From the IMG/VR virus record IMGVR_UViG_2874920711_000008: a DNA stretch of 19,828 nucleotides. One strand, written 5' to 3'. A program made the position numbers and the translations under genes. The notes under the pieces are model-generated. The model saw only the letters and a program-made list of their open reading frames with translations, was not told where the DNA came from and made no database searches. Origin of the DNA: a virus (taxonomy: Duplodnaviria > Heunggongvirae > Uroviricota > Caudoviricetes). Below, piece by piece: positions 1-9,682 of the stretch. Position 1 is the stretch's first letter. The number at the start of each line of letters is the position of its first letter.

Positions 1-813
1 TTACCAGCGGCCGGATGCGCCGCCCCCGCCGCTAAATCCGCCGCCACTTGAGCCTCCACCGGAACCGCTGTTGTCTGAATGATAACTTCTACCTGATGCT
101 CTTTTCTGAAGTACACATAAACAGGTAAAGACCATAAATATGGTGAAAGTAAAAAAGAAGGAAAATACAGCAATGGAAAAAGTTTTATCAGAGAACAGGA
201 ATAAATCTAAAAGATAGATTGCTGAAATACAGACTCCACTTTTACATGCGCGACAAAAATTACTGCCTTGATGAAAAAACCAGAAAGGGAAGAACATCAC
301 TGCAAATACCCAAAAAATAGCAAAGTAATAATGATCAGTGGAAGACGTTGATTCACTTTCTGAAGGATTAGCCGGATATTGGTGTTGTGAAGTGAGTTGG
401 TTATTCAAAGCGATTATAGCTAACTCTAATCCCTGAGCTAATTTTTGTTGTTTAAATGCGGGTATCATGTTGCTACGGATGATATCTCCAGCCAGAGCAT
501 CGGTTACCTTTTCTTCCAGCCCATAACCTACCTGGATGCGGACAGTGCGATCCGACCAGGCAACAATGATCAGTATCCCATCATTACGTTTGGCATCTCC
601 TAAACGCCAATTGTCAAAAACTCTTGTAGCATATTGTTCAATTGTCTCGTCTTTGGTTGTGGGAACAATTAATACAGCAATTTGCACTTGGGTATTATTG
701 AAAATAGATTCTAACTTGTGCGTCAGTTCTTTCTTTTCTTGTGAGTTTAAGCGTAAGCGCCCCATCAGCGACGTCTTGTGAAAATTGTCCTGTCTGGCAA
801 CAATCGCGCCCAT
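1..813 (-). CDS. ygcG: TPM-domain membrane protein (YgcG-like), 5'-truncated by the IS66 element; the first ~20 codons (753-813) and the ATG at 811-813 lie inside the IS left end
   Basis: 270-aa ORF ending at the window edge (stop = 1-3). From residue ~21 it has a TPM-domain-like core ([10 protein letters not shown]...[12 protein letters not shown]...[31 protein letters not shown]), then hydrophobic segments and a Gly-rich tail ([19 protein letters not shown]). No signal peptide or domain N-cap. Family assignment is from memory. Confidence 0.6.
   Translation of the reverse strand: MGAIVARQDNFHKTSLMGRLRLNSQEKKELTHKLESIFNNTQVQIAVLIVPTTKDETIEQYATRVFDNWRLGDAKRNDGILIIVAWSDRTVRIQVGYGLEEKVTDALAGDIIRSNMIPAFKQQKLAQGLELAIIALNNQLTSQHQYPANPSESESTSSTDHYYFAIFWVFAVMFFPFWFFHQGSNFCRACKSGVCISAIYLLDLFLFSDKTFSIAVFSFFFTFTIFMVFTCLCVLQKRASGRSYHSDNSGSGGGSSGGGFSGGGGASGRW
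753..763. repeat. IS66 left terminal inverted repeat (GTAAGCGCCCC)
   Basis: Exact 11-bp inverted match to 3449-3459; similarity beyond 11 bp is weak. Confidence 0.8.
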
Positions 814-834
814 CTATATTGATGGACACGAACG

Positions 835-1509
835 ATGAATTCCCAGACAACAAAAGATATTCCCTGCTTCCGTTCTTATTTGCCTGATGCCCTGCGTTTA
901 AGATTTGAAGATAAACTGACCATCCGGGCCATCGCTCAGCGTCTGGGTCTCAGTCATTCCACAATACATACGCTTTTTCAGCGATTTCTTGCATCCGGTA
1001 TCGCATGGCCATTGCCCGATTCAGTTTCATTCGCTCAACTTGACGCCATCCTTTATGCCAACAGAAAGAAGGAATTAACAGAGCCTCAAATCAGAGAAGG
1101 CTCATGGCGAAAAGAACGGCGAACCAGCTATAGCCGTGAATTTAAGGTCCGTCTGGCTAAGCAGGCGTTACAGCCTGGGGCTGTTGTTGCCCGGATCGCC
1201 AGAGAACACGATATCAATGATAACCTGCTGTTTAAATGGAAAAGCCAGTACGAGGACGGCTTACTGAGCGATGATGACATACAGGAATGCATGCCTGTCC
1301 CGGTGGCACTGACTGATACGCCGGAGCCGACCAGACCAGTTACAAATCCCTTCTGGCGTAACAAGCATGATGAGCGCCCTGAGGGGGCTCCCGGAAACGT
1401 CCCACGGTGCGAGCTGCATCTTAAATCAGGTGTGGTAAAACTGTTTGACCCTCTCACTCCGGAACTGTTACGGGCGCTAATCCGCGAAATGAAAGGGGGT
1501 ATCCGATGA
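835..1509 (+). CDS. tnpA: IS66-family accessory protein TnpA (orfA); true start may lie downstream of 835
   Basis: The C-terminal ~130 aa (RRTSYSREFKVRLAKQALQPGAVVARIAREHDINDNLLFKWKSQ...) look like IS66 orfA; stop overlaps the tnpB start (ATGA at 1506-1509). The N-terminal ~90 aa is an extra predicted HTH-like segment. No clear SD before 835. Confidence 0.65.
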   Translation: MNSQTTKDIPCFRSYLPDALRLRFEDKLTIRAIAQRLGLSHSTIHTLFQRFLASGIAWPLPDSVSFAQLDAILYANRKKELTEPQIREGSWRKERRTSYSREFKVRLAKQALQPGAVVARIAREHDINDNLLFKWKSQYEDGLLSDDDIQECMPVPVALTDTPEPTRPVTNPFWRNKHDERPEGAPGNVPRCELHLKSGVVKLFDPLTPELLRALIREMKGGIR

Positions 1510-1852
1510 TAACGCTGCCGACCGGTACCAGAATCTGGATCATCGCTGGCATCACAGATATGCGTTGTGGCTTCAATGGCCTGGCTTCGAAGGTGCAGAA
1601 CACGCTGAAAGATGACCCGTTCTCCGGGCATATCTTCGTCTTCCGGGGCCGCAGTGGCAAAATGGTGAAAATACTGTGGGCCGATCGTGACGGGTTATGC
1701 CTGTTCGCCAAACGCCTGGAACGGGGCCGCTTCGTCTGGCCGGTGACCCGGAAGGGAAAGTGCACCTGACGCCAGCTCAGTTATCCATGCTACTGGAGGG
1801 GATCGCGTGGCAACATCCCAAACGGACAGAACGGCCTGGCATCCGGATATAA
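1506..1852 (+). pseudogene. tnpB: IS66 TnpB, reading frame broken near 1750-1760
   Basis: MITLPTGTRIWIIAGITDMRCGFNGLASKVQ...ILWADRDGLCLFAKRLERGRFVWP matches the IS66 TnpB pattern. The ORF stops at 1769, but the next frame continues VHLTPAQLSMLLEGIAWQHPKRTERPGIRI to a stop at 1850-1852. The break sits in CCCGGAAGGG. Confidence 0.8.
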
Positions 1853-1871
1853 CCCGTGATAAAACAAGGGA

Positions 1872-3427
1872 ATGAACAATGAACTCCCCGATGATATTGA
1901 GCTGCTTAAAGCCATGTTGCGTAAGCAACAGAGTCGGCTTCGACAGTATGCCTGTCAGGTCGCGGGCTATGAGCAGGAAATTGAACGGCTGAAAGCGCAA
2001 CTCGACAGGTTGCGTCGTATGTTGTTCGGCCAGAGTTCAGAGAAAAAGCGTCATAAGCTTGAAAATCAGATCCGACAGGCAGAAAAACGACTGTCGGAAC
2101 TGGAAAACCGGCTGAACACAGCCAGAAATCTTCTGGAAGATGCATCGTCAGTCACAGATTCACCTGACACCAGTCCCCGTCAGAAAACCCGATCGCCAGT
2201 AAGCCTGAATCCCCGGGAGACACATCGCCTTCTGCCTGCTGAAACCAGTTGCCCGGCCTGTGGAGGTGTTCTGAAAGAAATGGGGGAAACAATCTCAGAG
2301 CAACTGGATATCATTAATACCGCCTTTAAAGTTATCGAAACCATACGTCCCAAACTGGCCTGTAGCCGGTGTGATGTCATCGTTCAGGCACCACTTCCCC
2401 CTAAACCGATCGAACGCGGTTATGCCAGTGCAGGGTTACTTGCACGGATCCTGGTCAGCAAATATATGGAACATATCCCTTTATATCGCCAGTCAGAAAT
2501 ATACGCGCGACAGGGCGTGGAGCTGAGCCGTAATACCATGGTGCGCTGGGTATCAGAAATGGCAGACAAACTCCGTCCTCTGTATATAGCGCTGAATGAC
2601 TATGTTCTGGAGGCAGGAAAGGTGCACGCAGATGACACTCCGGTGAAAGTACTGGCCCGGGGAACGGAAAGACGAAAACGGGTCGTCTGTGGGTATACGT
2701 CAGGGATGATCGTAATGCGGGTTCATCCCTGCCGGCAGCCGTCTGGTTCGCGTATTCGGCAGATCGCAAAGGAGAACATCCGCAGCTCCACCTGGCAAAG
2801 TATCAGGGCGTACTGCAGGCTGATGCCTATGCAGGTTATAACGTACTGTACGAAACGGGCCGGGTGAAGGAAGCCGGGTGCCTGGCCCACGCCCGCCGAA
2901 AAATCCATGACGAGGATGTGCGCCGTCCGACAGAAATGACTCAGGAAGCGCTCAGACGGATAGCAGAGTTATACGACATAGAAGCGGAGATACGTGGCAG
3001 TCCGGCAGAGGAACGGCTTGCAGTCAGAAAAGCCAGAAGCGTCCAGTTGATGCAGTCGTTGTACGACTGGATACAGTTGCAGAGGAAAACGCTGTCGAAA
3101 CATGCGGAGATGGCGAAGGCGTTCGACTATATCCTGAATCACTGGAATGCGCTGAACGAGTTCTGTCGTGACGGCTGGGTGGAAATAGACAACAACATCG
3201 GTGAAAACGCGTTACGATCGGTGGCGGTTGGAAGAAAAAATTATCTCTTTTTCGGCTCAGACAAGGGAGGAGAAAGTGCGGCGATCATCTACAGTCTGCT
3301 GGTCACCTGCAAACAGAACGAAGTGGAGCCGGAGGACTGGTTGCGCGAAGTGATCGAGAAGCTCAATGACTGGCCGTCGAACCAAGTGCATGAACTGCTG
3401 CCCTGGAACTTCTCGTCTGTAAAATAA
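1872..3427 (+). pseudogene. tnpC: IS66-family transposase TnpC, one frame break near 2655-2660
   Basis: The N-terminal ORF (1872-2867) is recognisable up to ...[11 protein letters not shown]; the C-terminal part continues in another frame as [62 protein letters not shown]... and joins ORF 2864-3427. The break is in a GCCCGGGG run. Combined length is ~518 aa. Confidence 0.85.
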
Positions 3428-3448
3428 TCCTTACGCTACGTACTTCTC

Positions 3449-3459
3449 GGGGCGCTTAC
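3449..3459. repeat. IS66 right terminal inverted repeat (GGGGCGCTTAC)
   Basis: Exact reverse complement of 753-763. Confidence 0.8.
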
Positions 3460-3460
3460 T

Positions 3461-3766
3461 GAAAAAGCAGAAACCAAAGGCGCGAAAGCCGCAAAGAACA
3501 GCGCTGCACAGGAAAACCCGGCACCGCTGGCAGACGTTATTGTGGCTGACGGTCAGGCGAATGAACCACGTCCGGCTGAAGACCCGGTTGCTGTACAGGG
3601 TGACGCCCCTGTCCGGCTGAACGTCAGGGCCGTGTCTGAAAACGGGTTCTGGCGCTGTGGCCGTTTCTGGTCACATATCGGTGAGGATGTGGCGGTGAGC
3701 GCTGCGGTTGCCACCCGCCTGATGGCAGAACCGAATCTGATTGTCCGGGAAGCGGAGAAAGGCTGA
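3461..3766 (+). pseudogene. 3' fragment of a phage structural gene (likely the gene upstream of Mu gp36), cut by IS66
   Basis: An open frame runs from the IS boundary (...EKAETKGAKAAKNSAAQENPAPLADVIVADGQANEPRPAEDPVAVQGDAPVRLNVRAVSENGFWRCGRFW...) to a stop at 3764-3766 that overlaps the next start. It has no credible native start; the tracked ORF begins at a GTG at 3542. Confidence 0.4.
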
Positions 3767-4203
3767 TGGGATACATCACGCAGGAAGACCTGTTACGCGC
3801 GGACGGCAATCTTGTCTGGAACATGGCGATTAACCGGGAAACCAACGGGCTGGATGAAGACAAAATCCGTCAGGCCATCAGTGATGCGGAAGCGGAAATT
3901 GATTCGTTTCTGTCCCGCCGCTACCAGCTGCCGCTGGGGGTGACGGAAATCCCGCGCCCGCTGCAACGCGTGGCGGTATCGCTGGCGTTTTACTGGTTAT
4001 CAGAGCGTGACAATCAAATCACGGAGCTGATCCAGAAACGCTACGACGACGCCATTAAAACCCTGCGTGAAATGGCGAACGGCACCCGTGACCTGGGCCT
4101 GCCGACGTATGCCACCCCGGCAGAAACCGACAACGGGAAAATTATTGTGGTGGGTGCCAATGCCCGGCTGTTCACCCGTAACAACCTGAAAGGGGTGCTG
4201 TGA
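3766..4203 (+). CDS. Mu gp36-like phage protein (DUF1320 family)
   Basis: 145-aa ORF, ATG overlapping the upstream stop (TGATG), just upstream of the tail genes. Family assignment is from memory. Confidence 0.55.
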   Translation: MGYITQEDLLRADGNLVWNMAINRETNGLDEDKIRQAISDAEAEIDSFLSRRYQLPLGVTEIPRPLQRVAVSLAFYWLSERDNQITELIQKRYDDAIKTLREMANGTRDLGLPTYATPAETDNGKIIVVGANARLFTRNNLKGVL

Positions 4204-4745
4204 TGGGGATTTCTGTACAGGTCAGCGGTGACCAGCGTCTGGAGGATATCCGCCGCGCCGTTGAAAAGCTGGCAGAGGGTTCATTGCAGTCAGAGCTGCT
4301 GGAAAGCATCGGTGCGGTGGTGGAATCACAGACCCGCCGCCGCATCATCGATGAGAAAACCAGTCCGGGTGGCGAACGCTGGCCGGACTGGTCTGACGGG
4401 TACAAAAAGACCCGCCACGGCAACCAGAGTCTGCTGCGCGGTGAAGGCCATCTGCTGGAGAGTATCCAGTACATCGTGGAAAACCGCGTGGTGCGTATCG
4501 GTTCACCGCTGGATTATGCCCGCATCATGAATGACGGCTTTTCCGGCAGCGTGCCGGTCAGCGCCCACAAACGGCTTATCTCGCAGTGTTTCGGGCGGGC
4601 GCTGAAATATCCGGTCTGGCAGACCGTCGGCGCACATCACCGCATGATGAACATTCCGCAACGTGAATTTCTGGGGCTGTCTTCTGCCAGCCAGCAGGAG
4701 CTGCAACAGGTTATCAGTCATTTCTGGAAGGAGGTTCTGCCATGA
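4203..4745 (+). CDS. Phage virion morphogenesis / tail completion protein (Mu G / P2 gpS-like family)
   Basis: ~180 aa with ...RRRIIDEKTSPGGERWPDWSDGYKKTRHGNQSLLRGEGHLLESIQY...REFLGLSSASQQEL, typical of this family. ATG at 4203 overlaps the upstream stop; stop overlaps the next start (ATGA at 4742-4745). Confidence 0.6.
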   Translation: MGISVQVSGDQRLEDIRRAVEKLAEGSLQSELLESIGAVVESQTRRRIIDEKTSPGGERWPDWSDGYKKTRHGNQSLLRGEGHLLESIQYIVENRVVRIGSPLDYARIMNDGFSGSVPVSAHKRLISQCFGRALKYPVWQTVGAHHRMMNIPQREFLGLSSASQQELQQVISHFWKEVLP

Positions 4746-5353
4746 CAGAACAACGCCCTGAACTGCGCACACCGGGGAGCACCGTTGCGGCCGCAGAGCA
4801 CATTGTGGCCTGGCTGCAGACGGCCCTTCAGGGGGACACCCCTGACCGGGCTGACGTGGTGGAGCGTCACATCGGCCAGTTCAACAGCCCGGATGAAGTG
4901 AAACGCTATCTGTCCGGTCGCACCGGCTGTATCCGTGTCGCGGCCCTGCGTGTCCGGGATATCAACCCGCGCGGCGGGCTGTCCGGTCTGGTCACCTGGG
5001 TGGCTTACATCATGGCGACGGATTCGTGGGGGTATTCCCGCGACGTGCGCTGTGAAGTGCTGGCCGGAAAGGTGATCAAACGCCTGCTGTCGTCGGATGC
5101 CACAGCGGGCATGGGGGCTGAACGCATGGCTGCTGATGTGCGGGCAGACAACATTTACTCCGTCAGCCTCGACGGGCTGGGTGTCACCATGTGGGCGGTG
5201 ACGTGGGAGCAGGAATTCCGGCTGGATGAAGAGATTGATCTCGCCGCGCTCCCGGATTTCCTGCGCCTCGGGGCGACACTGCGCAGCGGCGAACACACTG
5301 AAATTAACGACGTGATCCATGTACGGGGTGACGATGGAACAGAAACTGATTAA
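4742..5353 (+). CDS. Mu gp37-like phage protein (DUF1834 family)
   Basis: 203-aa ORF in the conserved position between the morphogenesis gene and the sheath gene; translationally coupled upstream. Confidence 0.5.
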   Translation: MTEQRPELRTPGSTVAAAEHIVAWLQTALQGDTPDRADVVERHIGQFNSPDEVKRYLSGRTGCIRVAALRVRDINPRGGLSGLVTWVAYIMATDSWGYSRDVRCEVLAGKVIKRLLSSDATAGMGAERMAADVRADNIYSVSLDGLGVTMWAVTWEQEFRLDEEIDLAALPDFLRLGATLRSGEHTEINDVIHVRGDDGTETD

Positions 5354-5518
5354 GCCAGCGCGGGAAAACGTCCGTGTCCGTAAACCGGATGGCGCACATT
5401 TATCCCGGAAGGGGAACGTCTCAACGTCTGCGCTTACTGGCTGCGCCGTGAAGCCGAGGGAGATGTGGAAATAACCACACTTCCGAAAAATAACAACAAA
5501 ACCAGAGGGAAAAAATAA
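5334..5518 (+). pseudogene. Small (~60 aa) phage protein upstream of the sheath gene, frame break near 5405-5415
   Basis: ATG at 5334 gives MEQKLIKPARENVRVRKPDGAHLS..., then the next frame reads EGERLNVCAYWLRREAEGDVEITTLPKNNNKTRGKK with a stop overlapping the sheath ATG (TAATG at 5516-5520). The break is in CCCGGAAGGGG. Confidence 0.3.
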
Positions 5519-6992
5519 TGTCGCTGGGTTCCATTCCTGATGATATCCGCGTCCCGCTTGTCTGGATCGATATCGACAATTCACAGGCGCTGGAGGGTGC
5601 ATCCGCGCAAAGCCGAAAAATTCTGGTCATGGGCCATGCGGTATCGTCCGGCAGCGCAGACGCCCTGTCACTGACCCGTATCACCAGTGACAGCCAGGCA
5701 GACCAGCTTTATGGCAAAGGGTCGATGCTGGCTGAAATGCTCAAAATGCTGCGTCGTGCCAACACGTACACGGAAACCTGGGCGATGCCGGTTGCCGCTC
5801 CTGAAGGCGCTGCCGCAAAAGCCACGCTGACCGTGCTGGGTACAGCGACCGAAGCCGGAACGGTGGCACTGCTGATTAACGGTGTGTCCGTTCAGGTGAG
5901 CGTGAGCGCCGGGGATACGAAGGAAAACATTGCAAAAGCCATTGCTGATGCGGTGACGAAAAAGCCTGCCACGCAGGTGGCCGCTGCGGTGAAGGATGAT
6001 GCCACGGATACCGTGGAGCTGACCGTGAACTGGCACGGCGTCACCGGCAACGGTGCCGACGTTCGCCTGAACTACCACACCGGTGAAGCCTTCCCGGCAG
6101 GTGTGAAGGTGACCGCAACCGCGTTTACCGGCGGCACCGGGACACCGGAAATGGCAGACGCCGTTGCGGCCATCGGCCCGGAGTGGTTTACCGATATCAT
6201 CGCCCCGTTCACCGACACGAAAAGCCTGAACACCCTGCGTGATGAACTGCTGAACCGCTGGGGCCGCTCAAAATGATGGAAGCGCAGCTGTGGACGGCGT
6301 TTTGTGGCACGCACGGGGAAACCGGCACGTTTGGTGAAACCCGCAATGACTGGCTGATTAGCTGCATCGGCACCAACCTGTCGCCGCATCCGGCGTGGAT
6401 GTGGGCCGCGTCATACGGCGCAACGGCAGCGTATCACCTTGCCATTGACCCGGCGCGTCCGCTTCAGACGCTGGTCCTGACCGGCATTCTGCCGCCTGCG
6501 CGTAATGTTCGCTGGGATATGCCGGAACGTAACCTGCTGCTGCATGACGGCATTGCCACGCACATGGTGGACGCCGGGGATAACGTCTGCATCGAGCGTG
6601 AAATCACCATGTACCGGGTTAACCAGTACGGTGATGCGGATGTGTCGTATCTTGATGTGCAGTCACCCGCCACGCTGGGCCGTATCCGTTACATCATTAA
6701 AAACCGTTTCTCGAACCGTTATCCGCGCCACAAGCTGGCGGATGATGACGTGCTGGACTCGCTGGATGCGGGGCAGCCGGTGATGACGCCGAAGCTGTGC
6801 ACTGCAGAGCTGCTGGATATCTGCCAGACCGAACTTCTCCCGGCGGGCCTTGTGGAAAACTTCAGCGATTACAGGGACACGCTTCAGGTGACACGCGACA
6901 GCAGCGATAAAAACCGCCTGAACTTTATCTGCCACCCGAATCTGGTGAACCAGTTGCGTGTGCTGGCAGGCCTGATTCAGTTCAAGCTTTAA
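5518..6992 (+). pseudogene. L: Contractile tail sheath protein (Mu L-like), split into two ORFs near 6270
   Basis: ORFs 5518-6276 (252 aa) and 6273-6992 (239 aa) are adjacent, same strand, together ~491 aa, followed directly by the tube gene; they join through a one-base frame change. Confidence 0.8.
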
Positions 6993-7001
6993 GGGGGCCA
7001 C

Positions 7002-7358
7002 ATGGCAAAAATTCTTGGCATGGCGACCATTCGCGTGAATGGCCGCGAAATTAAAACCGAGGGGAAATCCACGCTGAATCCGGGCGGCTTCAGCCGCACC
7101 CAGCATATGGGCGGCGGCAAGGTCTGGGGTATCTCCAGCAAGATGGCCTCGCCGTCCATCAAGGTAACCATTGCGGCGGCAGCGGATATGGACGTGATTG
7201 AAATCAGCAACTGGGAAGATGTCACGGTGATGTTCTACGGCGACAACGGCCTGAACTACATGATGACGGGTTCCGCCACGGATAACCCGGCAGAGCTGGA
7301 CGAGGATTCCGGCACCATCAGTGCCAACTTTATCGGTGAAAAATGCGTGAAGGTGTGA
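7002..7358 (+). CDS. M: Tail tube protein (Mu M-like)
   Basis: 118-aa ORF immediately after the sheath gene (MAKILGMATIRVNGREIKTEGKSTLNPGGFSRT...); size and position are canonical for a myovirus tube. Confidence 0.75.
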   Translation: MAKILGMATIRVNGREIKTEGKSTLNPGGFSRTQHMGGGKVWGISSKMASPSIKVTIAAAADMDVIEISNWEDVTVMFYGDNGLNYMMTGSATDNPAELDEDSGTISANFIGEKCVKV

Positions 7359-7359
7359 C

Positions 7360-7755
7360 ATGGCCGCAATGGAATTTGAACTGAAACACGGGCTTCTGAC
7401 CGGCAAAGGCACGGCAGATGAAACCCTGCATAAAACCGTGAAACTGCGCGAACTGACCGCCAGTGATGTGATTGATGCGCAACTGGCCGCAGAACGCGTC
7501 GTCATGGGCGGGAACGGAAAGGCGGTGGCCTACTGTTCTGAGGTGCTGATGGGACTGGAGATGATGCGCCGTCAGGTTGCGTCAATCGGTAATATCCCCG
7601 GCCCGCTGGACATGAAACAGCTGCGAATGCTCCACCCGGCAGACCTTGAGCTTATCAGCACGAAAGCGGCTGTGCTGGATGACATGCTTGAGGAGGTGGC
7701 AACGCGGGGGCGAACTGATGCCGCTGGCGTCGGCACTGATGAACCTGCTGGTTAA
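7360..7755 (+). CDS. Tail assembly chaperone (Mu gp41-like)
   Basis: 131-aa acidic ORF between the tube and tape-measure genes, the conserved chaperone position. Confidence 0.6.
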   Translation: MAAMEFELKHGLLTGKGTADETLHKTVKLRELTASDVIDAQLAAERVVMGGNGKAVAYCSEVLMGLEMMRRQVASIGNIPGPLDMKQLRMLHPADLELISTKAAVLDDMLEEVATRGRTDAAGVGTDEPAG

Positions 7756-7855
7756 CCTGTCTTCGCGATTCAGCATTCAGTACCTGGAACAGCTGCCCCT
7801 GCAGCAGTTGTTCCGCCTGATAAAGCAACTGGAGAAACAGCATGGCAACAGGTAA
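7646..7855 (+). CDS. Alternative-frame extension of the tail assembly chaperone (candidate frameshift product, G/GT-like)
   Basis: An ORF in the +1 frame overlaps the chaperone 3' end, encodes a helical-looking peptide (...LMPLASALMNLLVNLSSRFSIQYLEQLPLQQLFRLIKQLEKQHGNR) and ends just inside the tape-measure start (7842). Confidence 0.4.
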   Translation: MSLSARKRLCWMTCLRRWQRGGELMPLASALMNLLVNLSSRFSIQYLEQLPLQQLFRLIKQLEKQHGNR

Positions 7856-9682
7856 CCGTCTCAGCACGGAAATCATGATCAACCTTGCCGGGAACCTGAC
7901 CGCCAAAGCCCGGCAGTACGGTGCAAACATGTCGCAGTTCGCCCGGAACAACCAGAAGGCCATGCGCCTGGTCAAAGCCACAACGGAGGCTGCCGGGCGC
8001 AGTCTGGATGCGCTTGGCAACCGCTACACGGCGATGATTGCCGGGTTCGGTGGTGGTATGACCCTTAAAGGCCTGACAGATTTTGATGCGCAAATCCGCC
8101 GTGCGGGTACAAATGCAAAACTGACCGATGAGCAGGTATCCCGTTTAAGAAAAAACATCCGGGAAACCGCCAGAATGTCAGACATTCGCCTCAGTGCCCA
8201 GGTCTTACTGGAAGGCCAGGATGCACTGTATGGCCTGACCGGTAAGCCGGAATTTGTTGAAAAAAACATCCGCAATCAGGGCTGGCCACGCAGGCATTCG
8301 GGACTGCGCCACAGGATGCCGCGGCACTGATGGCACAGATGTCCGAAAAACAGATTGAAGCGCCTCAGGAGGTTGAAGGCATGTTCGACCGCTTCTACCA
8401 CCAGTTTTCCATTGGTTCGGTTGGTGTGGATCAACTGGCGCGTGTATCAGCAAAACTGTTTTCGATTTATACCGGTGGTGGCAAAGAGGCGATAGCCCAG
8501 TTGGGGCACTTGAACAGATGCTGGCAAAAACAACCGGCTCTGCGGATGAAGCGGTGACCGCGCTGAACAGTATCTGGAGTGAAGTCACCCGAAAAGACAA
8601 TATCAAGTTTCTGAAAAGAAACGGGGTTGATGTGCTTGATCCTGTCACAGGAAAACCCCGTCTGCCTTATGACGTAATCAGAGACGTTGTCAGGCGGGCA
8701 AAATTTAATGAGCAGAACTTGCAGGATGTTTTCGGGGATACTTCCATGCGTGGATTAAGGGCACTGCTCAGTGAAGACGCCCTTCAGCTAACAGAAAAAA
8801 TGATTTACGCCCCGGTTGAATCCGGTGCCATGAGAAAAGCTGCGGAGAAAAACGCCCGGAGTTTTCAGTCTGCGATGCAGTCCCTGAAGAATGAATATGA
8901 GGTTTTTGCTGAAAAAAATCTGGCAAAACCCGTTCAGGACCTGGCGGATGCCATCAACAGCGTGGACCAGAACTGGTTGCAGGTCGGTAAATATATGGCA
9001 ATTGCGCTGGGTGGCATTATCGCCGTACGTAAGACGTACAAGCTCGGTAAAACCATCCACGACATCATGAATCCCAAAGGGAAAGGCAAAGGGATACCCG
9101 GCGGTATTACGGATGTTTTCGGCTCCGGCGTGATGCCGGTGTATGTGGTCAATATGGGCAGTGGCGGGATGAACGGCAATGTCGGTGGTCTGCCGGATGC
9201 GCCGGATTCATCACGCAATCCCGTAACCCACGCAATCCACGAGGTCCGGGTAACCGCGGAGGTAATGCGGGCAAAGGCGCTGGCATCATCGCCGGTGCCC
9301 TGGAATTTTACGATTTTCTGACCACGCAATACGCCCTGCCGGGTGAGATTGACAGTCTTACAAAATCCGTGGCCGGTGATGCCAGCGCCAGCCCGTGGGA
9401 GCGCGAGTTCGCGCAACAAAGCCAGGATAACCAGAAAGCGCTCGAGTCCGTCTGGCGTAAGGTAACGGACTGGTTTAATTCGCTGGGTGACAAGAACATT
9501 GCCGACCCGCGACCGTGGGCAGGTATGCAACCCACACAGAATTATCCTTTCCTTCCGCAACAATTGCAGGGGAAATCCGTGTGGTGGTGGAAGGTGATGC
9601 CCGCGTGAAAAGCGTCAGAGTGGATCAACCCGGCGTCAGACTCAGTGCGCAGGCTGGCGTCACCAGCGTGGAGCAGGGTTAA
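7842..9682 (+). pseudogene. Tail tape measure protein (Mu gp42-like), split into at least 4 ORFs
   Basis: Co-linear ORFs 7842-8330, 8330-8557, 8518-9321 and 9369-9608 in frames 0, 2, 1, 0, plus a final stretch ...VVVEGDARVKSVRVDQPGVRLSAQAGVTSVEQG ending at 9680-9682 (TAATG overlap with the next gene). Total ~613 aa. The adjacent frame reads cleanly across the first break (...GLATQAFGTAPQDAAALMAQMSEKQ...). Confidence 0.75.

Larger units (their letters stand above)
753..3459 (+). mobile_element. IS66-family insertion sequence (tnpA-tnpB-tnpC), 2707 bp, no flanking target-site duplication
   Basis: Three co-directional ORFs with IS66 TnpA/TnpB/TnpC signatures, bounded by GTAAGCGCCCC at 753-763 and its exact reverse complement GGGGCGCTTAC at 3449-3459. 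The 8 bp outside each end differ (GTTTAAGC vs TGAAAAAG). Confidence 0.85.

Noticed and set aside
1-60. GGCGGC-type repeat at the window start
   Set aside because: It encodes the Gly-rich C-terminal tail of the TPM-domain protein (minus strand); a simple coding repeat.
4718-5602. Long minus-strand ORFs antisense to the phage genes (4718-5602, 5668-6078, 6663-7505, 7655-8020, 8934-9563, 17124-17510 and others)
   Set aside because: They lie wholly inside well-supported plus-strand phage genes in GC-rich DNA, have Arg/Ala/Pro-rich low-complexity translations and no start context; this is the usual antisense open-frame artefact.
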